A DNA stretch of 59,370 nt. It comes from Rhizobium sp. Q54 (GTDB lineage: Bacteria > Pseudomonadota > Alphaproteobacteria > Rhizobiales > Beijerinckiaceae). The translations under genes were made by a program, and so were the position numbers. Position 1 is the first letter of the stretch. Every line of letters starts with the position of its first letter. The notes beneath the pieces are model-generated. The model was not told the origin of the DNA, did not search any database, and was given only the letters and a program-made list of their open reading frames with translations. The DNA lies in NCBI GenBank assembly GCA_945901195.1, contig CAMDKB010000001.1, forward strand, positions 1 to 59,370, in the 5' to 3' direction. Below are positions 48,301-57,036 of this stretch, in pieces.

Positions 48301-48816
48301 CTGGCTTTGCTCGAGGGCAATTTGTTGCATGCCCTGTTGCAATATCTACCCGCGGTCGCAACGGATAAGCACGAGTCTGCCGCTGCACACTTTCTCGAAA
48401 AGCGAGCCGAAGGTCTTCCCGATGAACGGCGCAGGGATCTCGTTCGTCAGGCGCTTCGCGTTATCACCGATCCACTGCTCGAACCTGTGTTCGGGCCGCA
48501 AGGGCGGGCAGAGGTCACCATTGCCGGGCGTATTCCGCGCCGCTCTGGGGGGCATGTCGAAATTGCAGGCCGGATTGACCGTTTAAGCGAAACCGGAGCG
48601 GATGTTCTGATTGTCGATTTCAAGTCTGGCAGACCGGGGCGGGATGGCAAGATCCCCCCTCACTACATGACCCAGATGGCGCTCTACCGCGCGGCGCTGG
48701 CGCCACTGTTTCCCGAAAAGCAGATCAGGGCGCTTATCGTGTGGACATCCGGACCGGATGTCGTCGAACTCAGCGAAGCGAGCCTGGAAGCGGCGGTTCT
48801 GGAACTCACCGCTTAG
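45379..48816 (+). CDS. addA: Double-strand break repair helicase/nuclease AddA
   Basis: ANAGSGKT, TIHAFC, DEAQDT, VGDEKQSI, TVHAAKGLE, YVAMTRA, GRIDRL..DFKSG. Confidence 0.96.
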   Translation: MAHWPIPAKTAADQLKASSPASSAWVHANAGSGKTHVLAQRVVRLLLAGAEPSKILCLTFTKAAAANMSMRVFSILSKWTEYDDIRLREEIRAFGGSGDIKLEDARRLFARAVETPGGLKIQTIHAFCERILHLFPFEANVPSRFEAVDDERQALLMDEAREYALMTAINSPESPLGQAVRLVALEASGKTFGGLLKSALNIRATVRAAADLQSERFERELAVRMGLGPNDSLESITREILTGGISTRRWSDIVEALELSGGNDAKVAARYRLSHSAADEESRLSSYLDIFLTGKGEARQGRLVKKSIDESIAADIEEEKVRTLALLEKIKSARIVRRSAALQKICDEILSGYARLKQAQNLLDFDDLIERMLNLFTRSDAGWVLYKLDAGIDHILVDEAQDTSPQQWRILKKLADEFFSGESARTKARTFFAVGDEKQSIFSFQGAAPREFAGNARLFGKQVVDAKMSFENVKLQHSFRSSQIILDAVDKVFSLAENYKGLSIDDEKRTVHVAWKVGLQGLVEIWDFVSPLEKPVPENWRMPVDALSENAPASILARQIALRIRTMLDPDSREAVHDSNGIPRSVRAGDILILVRRRNAFFDAVIRELKVAGVPVAGADRLKLMEHIAVMDLVAAGRAALLPEDELTLACVLKSPFFGFDDDDLLRLAPNRTGNLFVELGQSKVSKDREAFARITAWGVAARDFGPFNFYAQLLGAEGGRRAILARLGSEAGDAIDEFLRLALQWEHDEAASLTAFLHRMQGASLEIKRDMEAAGESVRVMTVHAAKGLEAKIVFMPDTASKPAGQNDPRLIKFPAGQEIDLPVWRSRAVENPEAVKLVMDQLKADQEDEYRRLLYVAMTRAEERLYICGYLGARDAPEGCWYKMVAASLGPDLESVPGHPDGGNVWRMGGVDLLAQPVSNSKLASASEDCPWLFTAVTAEFAPQPPLRPSHVLAAADQMDPSGGDSVTLARNLALLEGNLLHALLQYLPAVATDKHESAAAHFLEKRAEGLPDERRRDLVRQALRVITDPLLEPVFGPQGRAEVTIAGRIPRRSGGHVEIAGRIDRLSETGADVLIVDFKSGRPGRDGKIPPHYMTQMALYRAALAPLFPEKQIRALIVWTSGPDVVELSEASLEAAVLELTA

Positions 48817-48922
48817 AGTCATGCAGGACAAGTGTTTGTGATCGCGCCTTGACGGAAACGGAGGGGGTCCATAGGTTGGCGGCAATAACAGCGCGGCCCT
48901 GCCGCGATTCCGGAGAATCAAC

Positions 48923-49246
48923 ATGCCGACAGTCAAGGTCACCGACGAAACATTCGAGGCTGAAGTCCTCAAGTCAGATACGCCCGTCGTTCTCGATTTC
49001 TGGGCGGAATGGTGCGGCCCGTGCAAGATGATTGGCCCCTCGCTTGAAGAAATCTCAGACGAAATGGCCGGAAAAATTAAGGTCGTCAAAATCAATGTGG
49101 ATGAGAATCCCGGTGTCGCCGGCAAGATGGGTATCCGCTCCATTCCGACACTGATGTTGTTCAAGGGGGGGCAGCTTGCCTCGCAAAAAGTGGGCGCATC
49201 GCCCAAGGGCGCGCTCTCAAAGTGGATCGAAGATACGATCGCCTGA
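48923..49246 (+). CDS. trxA: Thioredoxin
   Basis: [13 protein letters not shown]; GGAG RBS. Confidence 0.97.
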   Translation: MPTVKVTDETFEAEVLKSDTPVVLDFWAEWCGPCKMIGPSLEEISDEMAGKIKVVKINVDENPGVAGKMGIRSIPTLMLFKGGQLASQKVGASPKGALSKWIEDTIA

Positions 49247-49269
49247 GTTTTTCTTGCGTCAATCCATAG

Positions 49270-49294
49270 AAGGCCGCGTGAGCGGCCTTTTTTT
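49270..49294 (+). terminator. Rho-independent terminator after trxA
   Basis: AAGGCCGC-GTGA-GCGGCCTT followed by a T run. Confidence 0.85.
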
Positions 49295-49388
49295 ATTGCG
49301 GACGTGAGACTGGCGGCAGTTCAAGCCGCGGGCGATCCCGATCTACCCGGGGGGTAATCGAGACATAAGTCGCCCCATCGCTCTGGTA

Positions 49389-49925
49389 TCAGGCCTTCTT
49401 GGACTTTGCCCGTTCGACGCCTTCAAGAACCATCTTGCGCGCTTCATCCGCATCGCCCCATCGCACGACCTTGACCCATTTGCCCGGCTCCAGGTCTTTG
49501 TAATGGGTGAAGAAATGCTCGATCTGCTGCAGGGTGATGCCGGGCAGATCTGTATAGTTTTTCACATGTTCGTAGCGGCGCGTGAGTTTGGCTGAGGGAA
49601 CGGCAATGAGCTTTTCATCGCCCCCAGCTTCATCTTCCATCAGCAGTACGCCGACGATCCGGCACCTCATGATGGCGCCGGGAACAATTGCGCGTGTGTT
49701 GGCTACGATGACGTCGCAGGGGTCGCCGTCCCCAGAAAGCGTATGCGGCACAAAGCCATAATTGCCGGGATAACGCATCGCCGTATAAAGAAACCGGTCC
49801 ACCATAAGGGCGCCGGAATCCTTGTCCATCTCATATTTGATGGGTTCGCCGCCGATTGGCGCCTCAATGATGACATTCACATCATGGGGGGCATTCTTAC
49901 CGATAGATACAGCGTTGAGATTCAT
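49389..49925 (-). CDS. ppa: Inorganic pyrophosphatase (family I)
   Basis: KYEMDK, YPGNYG, DGDPCD, DEKL, FF.HYKDLE; GGAG RBS before MNLN. Confidence 0.96.
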   Translation of the reverse strand: MNLNAVSIGKNAPHDVNVIIEAPIGGEPIKYEMDKDSGALMVDRFLYTAMRYPGNYGFVPHTLSGDGDPCDVIVANTRAIVPGAIMRCRIVGVLLMEDEAGGDEKLIAVPSAKLTRRYEHVKNYTDLPGITLQQIEHFFTHYKDLEPGKWVKVVRWGDADEARKMVLEGVERAKSKKA

Positions 49926-50062
49926 ACGGGGCTCCGGGAATTTGAACTGACGGCTTCGCGCCGCGTTCTGGCATGGCGCTGAGCCGCAAGCCACCGGGAC
50001 ATTCGGATGATGCGCTTACGATTTGGTTAGGAACACGCCTCTTTTGGGCGAAAATTCCGTGT

Positions 50063-50632
50063 TTATCGCTTCAAGAACTCGGCAGCGTTGAACAGCGCAC
50101 GGAAATACATGCCCTTGCTGGCGAAAAATCCAACGGCGCCTTCATCGCGATCGACTATGGAAATCACCATATCCACGTCTGCGCCGGTTTCCCGTATCGC
50201 CTCGATCGCCTTCCAGGCGCTTTCGCCTGTCGTCGTCACATCCTCGAGGATCACGACCTTTTTTCCGGCCAGTGTTTCAGTACGGGTCAGACCTTCCACC
50301 AGCTTTTTGGCTCCGTGGCCTTTGGCCTGTTTGCGCACGAAGAACCCCCTGAAGGGCCTGCCGCGCTCGAAGCTCAACTGACACAGGCCGCCGGTAATCG
50401 GTACCGCGCCCATTTCGAGGCCGCCCACATATTCCACCCCGCTATCCTTGAGCGCGTCGAACAATTCCTGGGCGATCAAGCTGGCCCCTTCGGGGTCCAG
50501 CATGGTGGGTTTCATATCGAAGTAGAAATCGCTCTCCCGGCCTGAAGCCAGCATGACCTTGGCGCGACCAAAGGAGCGCGCAAATATAATGTCAGCAAGG
50601 CGGGCGCGGGGCGAAGCGTGCGAATCGGTCAT
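50063..50632 (-). CDS. pyrE: Orotate phosphoribosyltransferase
   Basis: LASGRES.FYFD, VRK..KGHG, VVILEDVTTTG PRPP motif. Confidence 0.93.
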   Translation of the reverse strand: MTDSHASPRARLADIIFARSFGRAKVMLASGRESDFYFDMKPTMLDPEGASLIAQELFDALKDSGVEYVGGLEMGAVPITGGLCQLSFERGRPFRGFFVRKQAKGHGAKKLVEGLTRTETLAGKKVVILEDVTTTGESAWKAIEAIRETGADVDMVISIVDRDEGAVGFFASKGMYFRALFNAAEFLKR

Positions 50633-50986
50633 TGATGCCTCCAGAAGCGTAATCTTGGTAGCGCCCGGCGCCGCGTCTGTCATCGGCTCGAATCCGGCGA
50701 TCCCCAACCCAATTCAAAATATCCGACTACTGGAAGGGTTGCCCCTGGACTGGGGGCCAAGGCCTGCACCCCTTACCGAGCGTCAGAGAGAAATTTGGAA
50801 TTTCCGGCCTCTAGCCATTCTGACCTGCATTTTTTCAGCGCGCGATATCCGCTTTTTTAATCTTCTTGCAGGATACTTTCCCCCGAGAGTGGTCTTGTCG
50901 CCGGACCCGTTGAATGCGTCAGCAGCAAGGTCAATCAGGCCGGTTACTGCGATGTGACACGGCGCCCGATAAGTTAAGGGAAAAGA

Positions 50987-53134
50987 ATGCCGCTGATCGT
51001 CATCGTAGACGACCGGGTCAGCAACCGGAATATTTTTGCAAAGCTTGCGGCCTCCATAGAGGCTGACATTACCGTGCGCACATTTGGGGAGCCCTTGAGC
51101 GCCCTGGAATGGCTCAAGGACAATACCCCGGATCTGGTTATTACCGATTACAAGATGCCTAATTTCGATGGCGCGGAGTTCATCAGCCGTTTCAGGCTTC
51201 TGTCACATTGCGAAGAAGTTCCGGTGATCGTGATCACTGTTTATCAGGAACGGATATTCCGGCTTTGTGCGCTGGAGGCCGGCGCGACTGACTTTCTGCA
51301 CTCTCCGGTCGATCATCATGAGTTTGTCACGCGCGCGCGCAATCTCCTGAAGCTTCATAAACATCAACTGTTGCTGGCAGACCGCGCCAACATGCTTGAG
51401 CAGGAGCTGGTGAATTCTGAACGTACGCATGAACTTGCGTTGCGCGACTCCAGTGAACGTCTGGCTCAGGTTATCGATACGGTTCCCGCCATGATCCGCG
51501 CCACGGACAAGGATGGGAAGCTCCTTTTCGTAAACGCTTATCAGGCCGCTTTTGACGGTGTGGATGCAGCGACGATAATTGGCAATCATTCGGAAGCAGT
51601 TCATGGCCAGGAGCGAAGCGCGCGCGACGCAGCTCTCGACAAGATTGTATTTGAAACCGGCAAGGCGTTGCCTTCGTTTGAAGAGGACTTGTTGGACGTC
51701 AATGGCGCCACACGGGTGTTTCTGACGACCAAATCACCCTTGAAATCAAATAATGAGGCTATCTCGGGTGTTCTTACAAGTTCACTCGATATATCCGCCC
51801 GAAAGCGCATGGAAGCCCATTTGCGACATCAGGCGCATCACGATCAGTTGACGGGTCTGCCCAATCGCGTTCTTTTGAATGAAAGAATGCGCAAGTTGGT
51901 GGCGCGCGCCAGACGTGGGGATCAATTGTTTGCATTGCATACGATCGATTTTGATGGGTTTAAGGCGATCAATGATCTTCTTGGACATGCTGCAGGAGAT
52001 CGGTTCATCGAGGCCATTTCGAAGCGTCTTCAATCGTCCATGCGCGATTGTGATACGCTCGCGCGCGTAGGGGGCGACGAATTCGCTGTCTTGCAATCGG
52101 ATGTGTCCGATACGCAGGATGCAGCTGAATTTGCAATCAGGCTACTTTCGATTGTCGAACAAAGCGCAGACCTTGAAGATATTCCACTTTCAATCACAGC
52201 TTCAATCGGCATCGCGATTCACCCTGCCGATGGGGCCGACGCCGAATCGTTGCTGAGGAATTCTGATCTCGCCATGTACCGGGCGAAGGCCGAAAAAGGC
52301 AGTCACTTTTGCTTCTATGCTTCGGATATGACCTTACGGGCACGGCAGCTTGTAGTTCTTGACAAGCGCCTGCAGAGAGCTTTCGAAAATGGCGAATTCA
52401 TACTCCACTATCAACCGCAGGTAGACGTCGCCAGCGGCAAGTTGATTGGCGCAGAAGCCCTGTTACGCTGGCAAGATCCAGAGCACGGATTAATCGGGCC
52501 AAATATGTTTCTTCCCCACGCAGAAGAAAACGGCCTGATCGTTCCGATCAATGAATGGGTCCTTCAAAAGGCTTGTGAAGACGCAAAGGGATGGCAGCGG
52601 TTCGGGCTCGAAAATATATGTGTGAGCGTGAACATGTCGCCGATACAATTCCGGCGGCGCACTGTTCCCCTTCATGTCGCACGCGTGCTTGCCAGCACCG
52701 GCCTTGAGCCGAGGTTGCTCGACATCGAGCTGACCGAAGGTATAGTCATGAGCAGTATAGACACAGTGATTGCAGACATGCAGCACCTTGTTAATCTGGG
52801 AATCGGAATATCCATAGACGATTTCGGGACGGGTTATTCATCGTTGAGTTACGTGAAAAAACTTCCCGTCAGCAGATTGAAGATCGATCAGAGTTTCATC
52901 AAGAATCTTGCCACAGATCTCAGTGATGCGGCAATTGTCCGGGCCATCATCACCTTGGGTCGTAGTCTGAACCTGAAAGTGCTCGCCGAAGGTGTGGAAA
53001 CAGCCGAACTATTCGCGCGTCTTCAGGCAGAAGGCTGCGATCAGGCACAGGGATATTATTTCGGCAGGCCTATCAGCAACGACGGATTTATCGAAGCGTT
53101 CGGGAATATCTCAAGGTTGTCAAAATCGGTATGA
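50987..53134 (+). CDS. REC-PAS-GGDEF-EAL c-di-GMP response regulator with RpfG-like receiver
   Basis: IVDD..DYKMP REC; PAS; DFDGFKAIND, RDCD I-site, GGDEF; EALLRW, DDFGTGYSS, AEGVE; ATGA overlap with the downstream kinase. Confidence 0.92.
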   Translation: MPLIVIVDDRVSNRNIFAKLAASIEADITVRTFGEPLSALEWLKDNTPDLVITDYKMPNFDGAEFISRFRLLSHCEEVPVIVITVYQERIFRLCALEAGATDFLHSPVDHHEFVTRARNLLKLHKHQLLLADRANMLEQELVNSERTHELALRDSSERLAQVIDTVPAMIRATDKDGKLLFVNAYQAAFDGVDAATIIGNHSEAVHGQERSARDAALDKIVFETGKALPSFEEDLLDVNGATRVFLTTKSPLKSNNEAISGVLTSSLDISARKRMEAHLRHQAHHDQLTGLPNRVLLNERMRKLVARARRGDQLFALHTIDFDGFKAINDLLGHAAGDRFIEAISKRLQSSMRDCDTLARVGGDEFAVLQSDVSDTQDAAEFAIRLLSIVEQSADLEDIPLSITASIGIAIHPADGADAESLLRNSDLAMYRAKAEKGSHFCFYASDMTLRARQLVVLDKRLQRAFENGEFILHYQPQVDVASGKLIGAEALLRWQDPEHGLIGPNMFLPHAEENGLIVPINEWVLQKACEDAKGWQRFGLENICVSVNMSPIQFRRRTVPLHVARVLASTGLEPRLLDIELTEGIVMSSIDTVIADMQHLVNLGIGISIDDFGTGYSSLSYVKKLPVSRLKIDQSFIKNLATDLSDAAIVRAIITLGRSLNLKVLAEGVETAELFARLQAEGCDQAQGYYFGRPISNDGFIEAFGNISRLSKSV

Positions 53135-55740
53135 GAGAGAAGACAATGCAAACGGCCACCGGAATAAATCAGGAGCCTACCGTAGTCGCCAGCACCGGCG
53201 TCTTTTCGCGAATACGCAATCGCCTCAGAAATCGTCCGGATTCCGAACATGAAATGACACTGAACCGTCTGGTCAACAACATTGTTGTTCTGACGTACTT
53301 CGCTGTCGCCAGTTATCTTGAAGTCAAGGAAGCTGAACATGTCCTAGCGCAAACGCTTGTACTGTTCGTAGCCTACAATCTGGCTTCCATCGCCTTATTC
53401 TTGCATATCTTGCATCGTCCTGGCGTGTCGATACCAAGGCGTTTGCTGGCGATGATCATGGATCTAAGCATGATTTGCTACGTCATGCATGTTGGGGATC
53501 ATGCAACGGCGCTGCTTTATCCATTTATTCTTTGGACCATTTTTGGAAACGGCTTTCGATTTGGGCGCAAATATCTATTGCTTGCGACTGTGGTTTCGCT
53601 TGCCGAATTTGGCGCCGTCGTCGCCACCACCGAGTTTTGGTCTGCTTATCCCGCTCTCACGACCGGTCTCATGATCGGATTGATCATTCTTCCTGCGTAT
53701 GTGTCAGTCCTTATTCACAAGTTGTCGGAAGCACGTGATCAGGCCGAATCTGCAAATCGTGCAAAAAGCCTGTTTTTGGCGAGCATCAGTCACGAACTTA
53801 GAACCCCGTTGACTGCAATCATTGGATTGAGCGATGTATTACGCCAAACCGGATTGAACATTGAACAAACAGATATGAACGAGACGATCTCTCAAGCAGG
53901 CAATTCACTTCTTGCACTGATAAATTCAATTCTTGATCTTTCCAGACTTGAAGTCGGGAAAATGCCAAAACAATTACAGGATGTCGATATATATCGATTG
54001 ATGCATCGGACATATGATCTTTTAAAGGTCCCGGCGAGAGCCAAAGGAATTCACATTTCTTTGCACATTCAGAACGATGTTCCGCGATTTGTAATGGCGT
54101 CATTGAAACATATTGAAGATTCAATAATCAATTTGGCCAGCAATGCGGTCAAATTCACTGAACGTGGATTCGTCACAATCAGTGTGTTGCATGTCTCAAA
54201 TACAGAACATTCGCACACCCTGAGATTTGAAGTGAGCGATTCGGGCATAGGAATTTCACCGGAAGCACAATCGAGGATATTCGAACGGTTTACGCAAGCT
54301 GATGAGACGATCGTGAACAAATTCGGCGGGACAGGGCTGGGGCTGGCTACCGTCAAGCAGATGATCGAAGATATTGATGGCTCTGTGGCTGTCACCAGTT
54401 CTGTCGGAAAAGGCAGCGTATTCTGGTTCGATGTGACATTTGCATCTTCGGCCAACGTGAAATTGCAAGATCGAAAACTTCACGATGTCATTCTGTTGTC
54501 AACAGATATGAAGCTTCACTCAAAGATCGAGGAAGCAGGAATTGATGCAGTTACTGTCGGCACGCTCAGTGAATGTTGTGACAAGATTGCAGAGATGCGC
54601 GGTGCGAAAAGTCACGATCTCGTCACTTTTGTGGACTTTCGAGACGTGGGGTCTGATATCGAATTGATCGTCAGTCAGCTTTCTAACGACAAGAAAGCCG
54701 CTATGCCCAAACTGATTATTGTAGCTGACAACACCGAATCGCTCGACACTGGAATTATCCGGCAATATGCTTCGACAGTCCTGGTGCGCCCCTTGGAAAT
54801 GGCGTCGATCGAGAATGCGCTCGTCATCGCCTCCGGCCCGCGTTCGAACCATGACAGCGTTCTGGAAAGTGAGAACTCTCTGGAGAGCATCATTCCTCGG
54901 CGTATTCTTTTGGCAGATGACAACAAGACAAATCAAAAGGTGATCACGAAAATTCTGGAGAGGGCTGGCCATCGCGTTACGGTGGTGGATAACGGACAAA
55001 CCGCACTTGCCACTATGCAAGAATTTGCCTTCGATATCGCCTTTCTTGATGTGAATATGCCCGTTTTGAGTGGCGTGGAGGCAGCAAAGCTTTATCGGTT
55101 CACCACGGCCGGATCTGATTGTGTTCCAATCGTAGCGCTTACCGCCGATGCAACGGCCGAGACCCGGAAGCAATGTCTCGAGGCGGGCATGGTGGAGTGC
55201 CTGTTGAAGCCTATTGAGCCGCAAGTTCTTCTGGGGGCAGTTTCCAGAATCACTGATGCTAATCCAATCGTCAATTTGTCAGTGGGTGAAAGTACGAGGG
55301 TTGAAGCAGCAGCGCCAATGTCGCAAATTGATTTCATTGATATGCACGCTGTCAATGATCTTATAGAACTGGGTGGCAAGGAATTTGCGCTAGACATAGT
55401 TTTGCAATTTGCAGCCGATGGCAACAAGGTTATGCTCGAATTAGTGCAAGCGGTGGCTACCGGTAATGCTGCTCATTTTGCCGATCAGGTTCATGCCCTC
55501 AGGAGCGGGGCGGCCAATGTTGGGGCGCAGCAGGTGTTCAAAATGTGTCAGACCTGGCGCCAGGTTTCGTCCGCCGAACTAAACGAGAATGGAGAAGTTT
55601 ATCTGCGGGAGTTCTCACGGGAGTTCGAATTTGCGGTGCTAGAACTGCAAAAAATGCTCTTGAACGTTGAAAACATTCGGTCAGAGAAAGAAACTGCGGC
55701 ACGCGAGCCGTATGATCCAAAAAATTCGCGGGCCGCCTGA
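53131..55740 (+). CDS. rpfC: RpfC-like hybrid sensor kinase (5TM-HisKA-HATPase-degenerate REC-REC-Hpt)
   Basis: N-terminal RL.NRPDSEH, about 5 TMs with W...GNGFRFG, SHELRTPL, GGTGLGL, ADD..DVNMP..KP, HALRS Hpt; convergent with rpfF. Confidence 0.82.
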   Translation: MREKTMQTATGINQEPTVVASTGVFSRIRNRLRNRPDSEHEMTLNRLVNNIVVLTYFAVASYLEVKEAEHVLAQTLVLFVAYNLASIALFLHILHRPGVSIPRRLLAMIMDLSMICYVMHVGDHATALLYPFILWTIFGNGFRFGRKYLLLATVVSLAEFGAVVATTEFWSAYPALTTGLMIGLIILPAYVSVLIHKLSEARDQAESANRAKSLFLASISHELRTPLTAIIGLSDVLRQTGLNIEQTDMNETISQAGNSLLALINSILDLSRLEVGKMPKQLQDVDIYRLMHRTYDLLKVPARAKGIHISLHIQNDVPRFVMASLKHIEDSIINLASNAVKFTERGFVTISVLHVSNTEHSHTLRFEVSDSGIGISPEAQSRIFERFTQADETIVNKFGGTGLGLATVKQMIEDIDGSVAVTSSVGKGSVFWFDVTFASSANVKLQDRKLHDVILLSTDMKLHSKIEEAGIDAVTVGTLSECCDKIAEMRGAKSHDLVTFVDFRDVGSDIELIVSQLSNDKKAAMPKLIIVADNTESLDTGIIRQYASTVLVRPLEMASIENALVIASGPRSNHDSVLESENSLESIIPRRILLADDNKTNQKVITKILERAGHRVTVVDNGQTALATMQEFAFDIAFLDVNMPVLSGVEAAKLYRFTTAGSDCVPIVALTADATAETRKQCLEAGMVECLLKPIEPQVLLGAVSRITDANPIVNLSVGESTRVEAAAPMSQIDFIDMHAVNDLIELGGKEFALDIVLQFAADGNKVMLELVQAVATGNAAHFADQVHALRSGAANVGAQQVFKMCQTWRQVSSAELNENGEVYLREFSREFEFAVLELQKMLLNVENIRSEKETAAREPYDPKNSRAA

Positions 55741-55767
55741 GTAGATATCTGAAATGGATTTCTCGAT

Positions 55768-56769
55768 CTAGTTGGCGAGTCTTTTCATTTGTGCCTTCCC
55801 GAGAAGCTCCATGCGGCGGAGGTCCGGTTCTTCAAGATCGAGCGTCGTTTGGACCCAGATGTCGGTGATATCCTGGAGTTCCTTGAGCTCCAATGGTGAG
55901 GCGCGCCGTCTGGCATTGAGCATGGCGATATTGAGCCTGTGCCGACGTGCATTTTGATGAATATATTTCTGGATAACGGCGCGTCCTTCACCGGGATCAG
56001 CTAAAATGTCTACGATCCCCATTTCGTAGAGATCTTCGGCTTTGTAAATATTGCCACTCCGGATCATTTTCTCCGCGGCAGTTATGCTCAATCGCCTGCT
56101 CAGGAAGCTATAGGCTCCCATCCCGGGAAAAGAGCCGAACAGAATTTCCGGCATACCCATTTTTGAGCCGCGTTCAGCAACGATCAGGTTGAAACATATG
56201 ACGCCTTCGAGACCTCCTCCAAGTGCATCTCCTTCAACCAGACAAATGGACATTATCGGTAAATTAAAGCCGTGCCATATGTTGTGTACTGCTTCTACAC
56301 ATCCGAATGCATAGGCTCGTAAGGCCTCCCGGTCCTTGTTTCTTATTGCGTCAATCATGAAGGCCAGGTCGCCGCCCATATTATAGATGGCCGGGATCTT
56401 CGAACCCATCACATAATAGTTTATGGGTGCAATGGTGGAGCTGTCCGAATAAAAATCGTGAATTGATTTGTGGAGCGCATTGAGTTCTCGCACCATCGAC
56501 GGGGTGAAGCTCGGTGGACCCTTGGGCGCCATAAGGCACCAAAGTGCTTTTTGGTCCGGGTCGAGCTGTATTTCCAGCTCGGTGAATTTCGAGAATGGAA
56601 ACGTCAGGCTCGCAGGGAGCTGATCGCCATCACTTGGCGGTATTATAGAGTCTGCTATTGCCGAAGTGATTAAGCCTGATCGTATGGCTCCCGTGTTTCC
56701 CGTCGTTGAAGATACAAATCCAGCGTCTGCGGGTTCATGGAACCCGCCTGACTTTCTTATGTCCCACAT
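55768..56769 (-). CDS. rpfF: RpfF-like DSF synthase (crotonase superfamily)
   Basis: YNMGGDL, L..YA..CV, GDALGGGLE, GMPEILF..FPGMGAYSFL.RR, W...L.L...DLRRM..L..AQ; both catalytic Glu positions present. Confidence 0.85.
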   Translation of the reverse strand: MWDIRKSGGFHEPADAGFVSSTTGNTGAIRSGLITSAIADSIIPPSDGDQLPASLTFPFSKFTELEIQLDPDQKALWCLMAPKGPPSFTPSMVRELNALHKSIHDFYSDSSTIAPINYYVMGSKIPAIYNMGGDLAFMIDAIRNKDREALRAYAFGCVEAVHNIWHGFNLPIMSICLVEGDALGGGLEGVICFNLIVAERGSKMGMPEILFGSFPGMGAYSFLSRRLSITAAEKMIRSGNIYKAEDLYEMGIVDILADPGEGRAVIQKYIHQNARRHRLNIAMLNARRRASPLELKELQDITDIWVQTTLDLEEPDLRRMELLGKAQMKRLAN

Positions 56770-57036
56770 TGTCCCACACCACTTGTTCTATCCCACCTTT
56801 CATTCTACTTACATTGATGTACACAGCAATAGTTTGTTAACGAAATATGTCTGTGTTTACTATATTACATGCGAATGTGGTTAATTTTGTTAACGATCTG
56901 GTAACAGGTCGTGCAGGTTGCCTAAACGTCACCGCGTGCGCCCCTGTTCGGTGTCGTTGTGAAGTCACAGCTTGAGCGGCGGCTTTGATACGTGCAAATA
57001 TATGATGGCGATATGCCTTTTGGATCGAATGAGAGT

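Noticed and set aside
49313-49329. tRNA fragment (GTTCAA loop)
   Set aside because: Loop register is not a canonical T-arm and no cloverleaf surrounds it
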